A stretch of DNA of 64,000 nt from the NCBI GenBank assembly GCA_043807085.1, contig JAZDGI010000013.1, forward strand, positions 1,607 through 65,606. Direction: 5' to 3'. This document shows positions 58,941 to 64,000 of the stretch, piece by piece. The position numbers and the translations under genes are program-made. A model generated the notes under the pieces. The model was given only the letters and a program-made list of their open reading frames with translations, was not told the DNA's origin and did not search any database. Positions within the stretch are counted from its first letter, which is position 1; each line of letters begins with the position of its first letter. The DNA is from a bacterium. GTDB lineage: Bacteria > Patescibacteriota > Minisyncoccia > Minisyncoccales > JAZDGI01.

Positions 58941-59420
58941 ATGATTATATCAATTATCGCCGCCATAGGCAACGATCGTGTTATCGGAAAAAATAACAAG
59001 CTTCCTTGGAATTTACCTGAAGATATGGAACATTTTAAGAAATTGACCATGGGCAAACCCGTAATTATGGGGCAGAGAACCTTTGAATCAATAGGGAGGC
59101 CCTTGCCCGAAAGAAAAAATATTATCTTGAGCCGCGATGATAATTTTCAGACTTCGGGCTGTTTGGTTGCCAAGTCAATCGATGAAGCGCTAGAGGCGGC
59201 CAGAGAGACAAAAGCCGCCGAAGTTATGATAATAGGCGGGGAGTCAGTTTACGTGCAATTCTTGCCGTTAGCCGATAAAATGTATCTTACTGTCGTAGAA
59301 GGTGACTTTGAAGGCGATGCATATTTTCCAGAGTTTAGTTATAATGAGTGGAAGGAAACAGAAAGGGTTGATAATAATGGGTATAGTTTTATTACCTTAG
59401 AAAGGCAATATGGATTTTAG
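58941..59420 (+). CDS. folA: Dihydrofolate reductase
   Basis: LPWNLPED, IMGQRTFESI, RPLP.R.N, IIGG, GDAYFP. Confidence 0.96.
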   Translation: MIISIIAAIGNDRVIGKNNKLPWNLPEDMEHFKKLTMGKPVIMGQRTFESIGRPLPERKNIILSRDDNFQTSGCLVAKSIDEALEAARETKAAEVMIIGGESVYVQFLPLADKMYLTVVEGDFEGDAYFPEFSYNEWKETERVDNNGYSFITLERQYGF

Positions 59421-59739
59421 AGAATATCAAAAATTAAGCAGAAAAACAGCCATATACCCGAATCTTGATAAAAATTTTATTTATCCTACTTTGGGTCTAG
59501 TAGGGGAATCTGGGGAGGTAGCCGAAATCATCAAAAGAATTATCAGGGATAATAACAATATTGTTGATGAAAAAGTAAAAATGGAATTGACAAAAGAGCT
59601 GGGGGATGTTTTATGGTATCTATCACAGTTAGCAATGGAATTTAATCTTTCTTTGGATGAAATAGCATCGGATAACATCAAAAAATTACAGGACAGAAAA
59701 GCCCGTGACTCTCTCCACGGCAAAGGCAACGAAAGATAA
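59410..59739 (+). CDS. MazG-like nucleotide pyrophosphohydrolase
   Basis: LGLVGESGEV, KELGDVLWY, NIKKL.DR. Confidence 0.9.
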   Translation: MDFREYQKLSRKTAIYPNLDKNFIYPTLGLVGESGEVAEIIKRIIRDNNNIVDEKVKMELTKELGDVLWYLSQLAMEFNLSLDEIASDNIKKLQDRKARDSLHGKGNER

Positions 59740-59743
59740 AAAA

Positions 59744-60211
59744 ATGGAAAAAGAAAAATCTATTTATATTTGCGGGCCGCTTACCGAGCTGCTTCCAGAG
59801 GAGCAACAACGAGTAAAAAATTTTTATGTGAAGCTCGCCGACGCGTGCGAAGAGATAACCTGCATAAGGGCTTTCGTGCCTCACGAACATTACGATCCGA
59901 TTAAGCAGGCAAATTATACTCCCCAGCAGGTTGATGAAGCGGAGAGAAAGCAGGTTTGCGAGAACGCTTCTTTTGTTTTAGTTGTTGCGATTGCGCCTTC
60001 TTGGGGCGGTGGCATTGAAGTGGAAATGGCTAATAGAAGCGGTGTTCCTGTAATAGTTTTATGCGAGAAAGAAAAATTGGAACAAAGAAAAATTTCTCGT
60101 CTTTTACGAGGAAACCCGGCAGTTGTTTCAATAATTATCTATACATCCGAAGAAGAAGCTATTGAAAAATTACAGGAGGAATTAAGTGTTCGCGCGAGTA
60201 AGGCAATATAA
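59744..60211 (+). CDS. Nucleoside 2-deoxyribosyltransferase / DNPH1(Rcl)-like N-glycosidase
   Basis: IYICGP, FVPHE, PSWGGGIEVEMA, GVPVIVL. Confidence 0.75.
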   Translation: MEKEKSIYICGPLTELLPEEQQRVKNFYVKLADACEEITCIRAFVPHEHYDPIKQANYTPQQVDEAERKQVCENASFVLVVAIAPSWGGGIEVEMANRSGVPVIVLCEKEKLEQRKISRLLRGNPAVVSIIIYTSEEEAIEKLQEELSVRASKAI

Positions 60212-60219
60212 TAAAAACT

Positions 60220-60873
60220 ATGGAATACGCCAAGCTTATAGACCAGACGTTTTTGAAGAAGGGCGCGGGAGAGGATGAGATAAAAAAAGTTTGCGAGGAA
60301 GCGAAAAAATACGGCTTCCGGGCGTTTTGTATTTATCCCGAACACACAAAATGGGCTAAAGAATTTTTGAAAGATGCGGCTGTTAAGATAACGACTTTGA
60401 TTGACGCGCCCACGGGAGTAAGCGAGACAAAAGACCGGAAAAAAATGATTGAAAGCGCGGGCAGAGCCGGCAGCGATGAAATTGAGTTAGTGATGAAAAT
60501 AGACGCTTTCAAAAATAAAAAATATGACGAAGTTTTAACCGATCTAAGGGAGCTCTGTAAGATTCTGCCGACAAAAGTCATAATTGGTTCCGGCTATTTA
60601 ACCGACGAAGAAATAAAAAAAGCCTCGGAAATGGTCAAGGAAGCCGGGGCCATTTGCGTTAAAACCGCCACGGTTGACGACCCTTTAGACAGCACGGAAT
60701 TAGTAGAGAAAGCAAAGCACATAAAAATTATGCGAGAATCAGCTCCGGGGATTTTGGTAAAAGCGTCGGGCGCCATCCGAACTTTGGCTGATTTGAAGGT
60801 GATGGTTGACGCCGGCGCGGATATTATCGGCACGAGTTCTGGCGTTGAAATTATTGAGGAATCTAAAAAATAA
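60220..60873 (+). CDS. deoC: Deoxyribose-phosphate aldolase (divergent)
   Basis: IDQTFL, G.DEIELV, KVII, VKTAT, VKASG.IR, IGTSSG. Confidence 0.85.
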   Translation: MEYAKLIDQTFLKKGAGEDEIKKVCEEAKKYGFRAFCIYPEHTKWAKEFLKDAAVKITTLIDAPTGVSETKDRKKMIESAGRAGSDEIELVMKIDAFKNKKYDEVLTDLRELCKILPTKVIIGSGYLTDEEIKKASEMVKEAGAICVKTATVDDPLDSTELVEKAKHIKIMRESAPGILVKASGAIRTLADLKVMVDAGADIIGTSSGVEIIEESKK

Positions 60874-62259
60874 ATGGCATACAAACCGACAATCGGCTTA
60901 GAAATTCATATTGAATTAAACACGAAGAGCAAAATGTTTTGCTCTTGCTTGAATAATCCTGATGAGCGCAAGCCAAATATAAATATCTGTCCGGTCTGTA
61001 CGGCCCAGCCCGGAACGCTTCCGGTAATAAACGAAGAAGCGGTCAGAAAGGTGATTAAAACCGGATTATCTTTAAATTGCCAGATTCCGGAATTTTCCAA
61101 GTTTGATAGAAAAAATTATTTCTATCCCGACTTGCCTAAGGGTTATCAGATTTCTCAATACGATAAACCGTTATGCGAAAATGGATTTTTGGAGATCGGA
61201 TCTCCGATTTTTAAGAAAATAAGAATAACAAGAGTGCATCTGGAAGAAGATACAGCCAGATTGATTCATGAAAAAGACACCTCTCTTGTTGATTTTAATC
61301 GAGCTGGCATTCCTTTGATGGAATTGGTAACCGAGCCGGATATCAATTCCGCCAAAGAGGCAAAACAATTCGCCGAGGAGCTGCATTTGATTATGCATTA
61401 TCTTGATGTTTCCGACGCTGACATGGAAAAAGGAGAAATGAGAGTTGAGGTTAATATCTCACTCTCTAAGGATTCTAAGCTGGGAACAAAAGTTGAAATC
61501 AAAAATTTAAATTCTTTTAGGTCGGTAGAGAGGGGGATTGATTACGAAATTGAAAGGCAGACAAAGGTTTTAGAATCTAAGGGAAAAGTTATCCAAGAAA
61601 CCCGCGGCTGGCTCGATGTCAAAGGGATTACGGTAAGCCAGAGAGAAAAAGAAGAGGCCTATGACTATCGGTATTTTCCAGAGCCAGACTTGCCGCCTCT
61701 TCATTTTACGAGAGAAGAAGTGGAAAGAATCAGGGTTGGAATCCCGGAGCTGCCGCAGCTCAGGCAAGAGAGGTTCATTAAAGAATATCAGCTTGACAGA
61801 GATAGCGCCGTTACTTTGGTCTACAACAAAGAGTTAGGAGATCGTTTTGAAAAATCCGCCGTAACATTGCCGAAAGACTTATTTAAAACAGCTTCAGATT
61901 TTTTAATCAATACCGAAGCGAAGAATTACGATATTCCGCCAGCTCATTTTAATCAGCTGATGGTTTTAATCAAAGATGGGAAAATATCAAATATTGCGGC
62001 TAAAGAAATTTTAACTGAAATAATTGAGCAAGATCCCTCGGCAGTAATTGAGAAAAGGGGATTGGGCCAAGTAAGCGACGTCAAAGAGCTGAAAAAAATA
62101 GCTGAAGAAATCGTAAAAAACAACCAAAAGGTTGTTGGAGATTTAAAGGCTGGCAAGGCTAACGCCCTCCAGTTCTTGATCGGCCAGACGATGGCTAAAA
62201 CCAAGGGCCGGGCCAATCCTGAGCTAGTCAGAGATATTTTGCAGAAACTTCTCGGTTAA
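60874..62259 (+). CDS. gatB: Asp/Glu-tRNA amidotransferase subunit B
   Basis: IGLEIH, FDRKNYFYPDLPKGYQISQ, YRYFPEPDLPP. Confidence 0.97.
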   Translation: MAYKPTIGLEIHIELNTKSKMFCSCLNNPDERKPNINICPVCTAQPGTLPVINEEAVRKVIKTGLSLNCQIPEFSKFDRKNYFYPDLPKGYQISQYDKPLCENGFLEIGSPIFKKIRITRVHLEEDTARLIHEKDTSLVDFNRAGIPLMELVTEPDINSAKEAKQFAEELHLIMHYLDVSDADMEKGEMRVEVNISLSKDSKLGTKVEIKNLNSFRSVERGIDYEIERQTKVLESKGKVIQETRGWLDVKGITVSQREKEEAYDYRYFPEPDLPPLHFTREEVERIRVGIPELPQLRQERFIKEYQLDRDSAVTLVYNKELGDRFEKSAVTLPKDLFKTASDFLINTEAKNYDIPPAHFNQLMVLIKDGKISNIAAKEILTEIIEQDPSAVIEKRGLGQVSDVKELKKIAEEIVKNNQKVVGDLKAGKANALQFLIGQTMAKTKGRANPELVRDILQKLLG

Positions 62260-63138
62260 ATTCTCGGCTTTTCGGTAGTCCTCAATCCATTTAATTCGTT
62301 TATCTTTTTTGAACCAGGTCATTTGCCGTTTGGCAAAATGCCGAGTGTTTTTTTTGATTCTTTCAACCGCCTCGGCCAAAGAAATTTTTTTGGTTAAATA
62401 ATCAATAATCTCTTTATATCCGATGGCGTCAAAAGCCGGCAGATTTTTGCCGTAAAGGCGAACAAGTTTTTTAACTTCCTTCATTAAGCCGTCTTCCATC
62501 ATTTTATCCGTTCTTTTTTCGATTTTTTCTATTAATTTTTCTTTGCTTGGCTCACGGCCGATAATCAGGGGGTTAAAAAGCGGTTTTCCTTTTTTTCTTT
62601 GCTGGGAAAATGGTTTCTTGGTCTTAATCGCCACCTCAAGCGCCCTGATAATTCGCCGCGGATTTTGAGGATCAACGATATAAGCCGCTTCCGGATCAAT
62701 TTCAATAAGTTCATCATAAAGGCTTCTTAATCCCTGTTTTTTAATTTTTAATTCTAATTTTTTTCTCAATTTAAAATCCGGTTTCACCTGCGGGATTTCT
62801 AAATTATCAATCACTGATTTTAAATAAAGTCCGGTTCCGCCGACTAAAAAGGGAACTTTGCCCTTTTGAATGATTTTATTAATGGCCTTAATCGCGTCTT
62901 TTTTATATTGCCAAGCAGTGTAGAGCTGATTCGGATTTTTAATATCAATCAAATAATGCTTAATCGTTTCCATGTCTTTTTTCCCGGGTTTGGCCGTGCC
63001 GATATTCATGCCTTTGTAAACCTGCCTTGAATCAGCCGAAACAACTTCGCCGCTGAATTTCTCGGCAAGCCTTATAGCCAACTCGGTTTTGCCCGAAGCG
63101 GTCGGGCCTAGTATAACAATGAGTTTAGGATTTTCCAT
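62224..63138 (-). CDS. miaA: tRNA dimethylallyltransferase
   Basis: GPTASGKT, SADSRQVY, VGGTGLY, AIGYKE, AKRQMTWF. Confidence 0.97.
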   Translation of the reverse strand: MENPKLIVILGPTASGKTELAIRLAEKFSGEVVSADSRQVYKGMNIGTAKPGKKDMETIKHYLIDIKNPNQLYTAWQYKKDAIKAINKIIQKGKVPFLVGGTGLYLKSVIDNLEIPQVKPDFKLRKKLELKIKKQGLRSLYDELIEIDPEAAYIVDPQNPRRIIRALEVAIKTKKPFSQQRKKGKPLFNPLIIGREPSKEKLIEKIEKRTDKMMEDGLMKEVKKLVRLYGKNLPAFDAIGYKEIIDYLTKKISLAEAVERIKKNTRHFAKRQMTWFKKDKRIKWIEDYRKAENLTEKFLQNISD

Positions 63139-64000
63139 CTTCGTTTTTTCTCTTTTGGCGAGACATCATCTTTTAATTTGAAAGCGGCCGTGCCAGGACG
63201 TGGAGAGTATCTAGAGATATAGGCCATATCAAATTTTGTTTCCTTAAAAAGTTTAACGGTGTTTCCAAATTGTTTTTTAGTCTCTCCTGGGAAACCGACA
63301 ATCGCATCGGTTGACAGGTTTAAGTCTGGAATTTTTTTTCTAATTTTTTTGACTAGAGCCATGTATTGTTTTACCGTATATTTGCGGTTCATTTTTTTTA
63401 ATATTTTATCGTCGCCGGATTGCAGTGGCAAATTAAGATATTTAGCGATTTTCATGGAGTCGGCCATAACATCAATCAACTCATCGGAAAAGTCCGCGGG
63501 GTTTGGAGACATAAGCCTGATTTTAAAATCACCCGGAATTTCGCTTGTCATTTTCAATAATTTTGCAAAGTTTATGCCTCTCGAGTTATAGTCGTTGACA
63601 TTTTGGCCTAAGAGCCAGATTTCTTTGAAGCCTTTATCGGTCGCATTTTTAACTTCAGCCAGAATTTTTTGGTGATCGCGACAAACAAGCGGCCCTCGAG
63701 TAAAAGGCACAACGCAATAAGTGCAGCCGTTATTGCAGCCGCTAGAAATCGGCACATAGTAAACAGTACTACGAGCTAGTCTGTGGTACTGTTTAGGGAT
63801 CCCATTATTTAATAGATCTTTTTTGTCCTGGATTTCGTCAAATTTTTCTTTGAATTTTTGCTTGTCTTTTTTCAAAAGACATCCCGTCAAGACAGCTTTG
63901 AGTTTTGGATTTTTAGCTTTAAGCTTAGCAAGTCTTTGAGTTAAGCCATAAACCCTGTTAACCGCCGATTGCCTGACAGAGCACATATTAACCACTATTA
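63108..64000 (-). CDS. miaB: MiaB-like radical SAM methylthiotransferase (start beyond window, no TRAM domain)
   Basis: NMCSVR, TGC, GCNNGCTYC, LGQNVN, LQSG, IVGFPGET, YSPRPGT. Confidence 0.88.
   Translation of the reverse strand, partial: IVVNMCSVRQSAVNRVYGLTQRLAKLKAKNPKLKAVLTGCLLKKDKQKFKEKFDEIQDKKDLLNNGIPKQYHRLARSTVYYVPISSGCNNGCTYCVVPFTRGPLVCRDHQKILAEVKNATDKGFKEIWLLGQNVNDYNSRGINFAKLLKMTSEIPGDFKIRLMSPNPADFSDELIDVMADSMKIAKYLNLPLQSGDDKILKKMNRKYTVKQYMALVKKIRKKIPDLNLSTDAIVGFPGETKKQFGNTVKLFKETKFDMAYISRYSPRPGTAAFKLKDDVSPKEKKRRWKILNSLLY

Noticed and set aside
1-64000. UGA recoding (code 25)
   Set aside because: greA, rplC, rpsN and holB end at TGA at expected lengths and conserved genes are not interrupted

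Overview
Core-genome segment of a Candidate Phyla Radiation (Patescibacteria, probably Parcubacteria) bacterium using standard code 11. The lineage call is inferred from missing rpmD and rplA at their usual positions, a short RpoA, minimal synthetases and typical hypothetical proteins. The window holds the str/S10/spc/alpha ribosomal superoperon, translation and tRNA genes (alaS, proS, single-chain pheS, gatCAB, miaA/B, frr, 4 tRNAs), gyrB-secE-nusG-rplK, two mreB paralogs and three Adk-like kinases. Accessory highlights: (1) a RAYT-type HUH transposase between gatC and gatA, flanked by a perfect 25-bp palindrome with degenerate copies inside the gene and at two distant loci; (2) an 8-gene deoxynucleotide cluster; (3) a pyrF/pyrE-like/pyrD block after a tRNA cluster; (4) a solo Cas4-like nuclease after rpsI; (5) a giant Cys-rich repeat protein; (6) unannotated micro-ORFs, apparent leaderless promoters and heptamer or palindromic inserts in core genes. 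All calls come from reading motifs by eye; no database searches were run.
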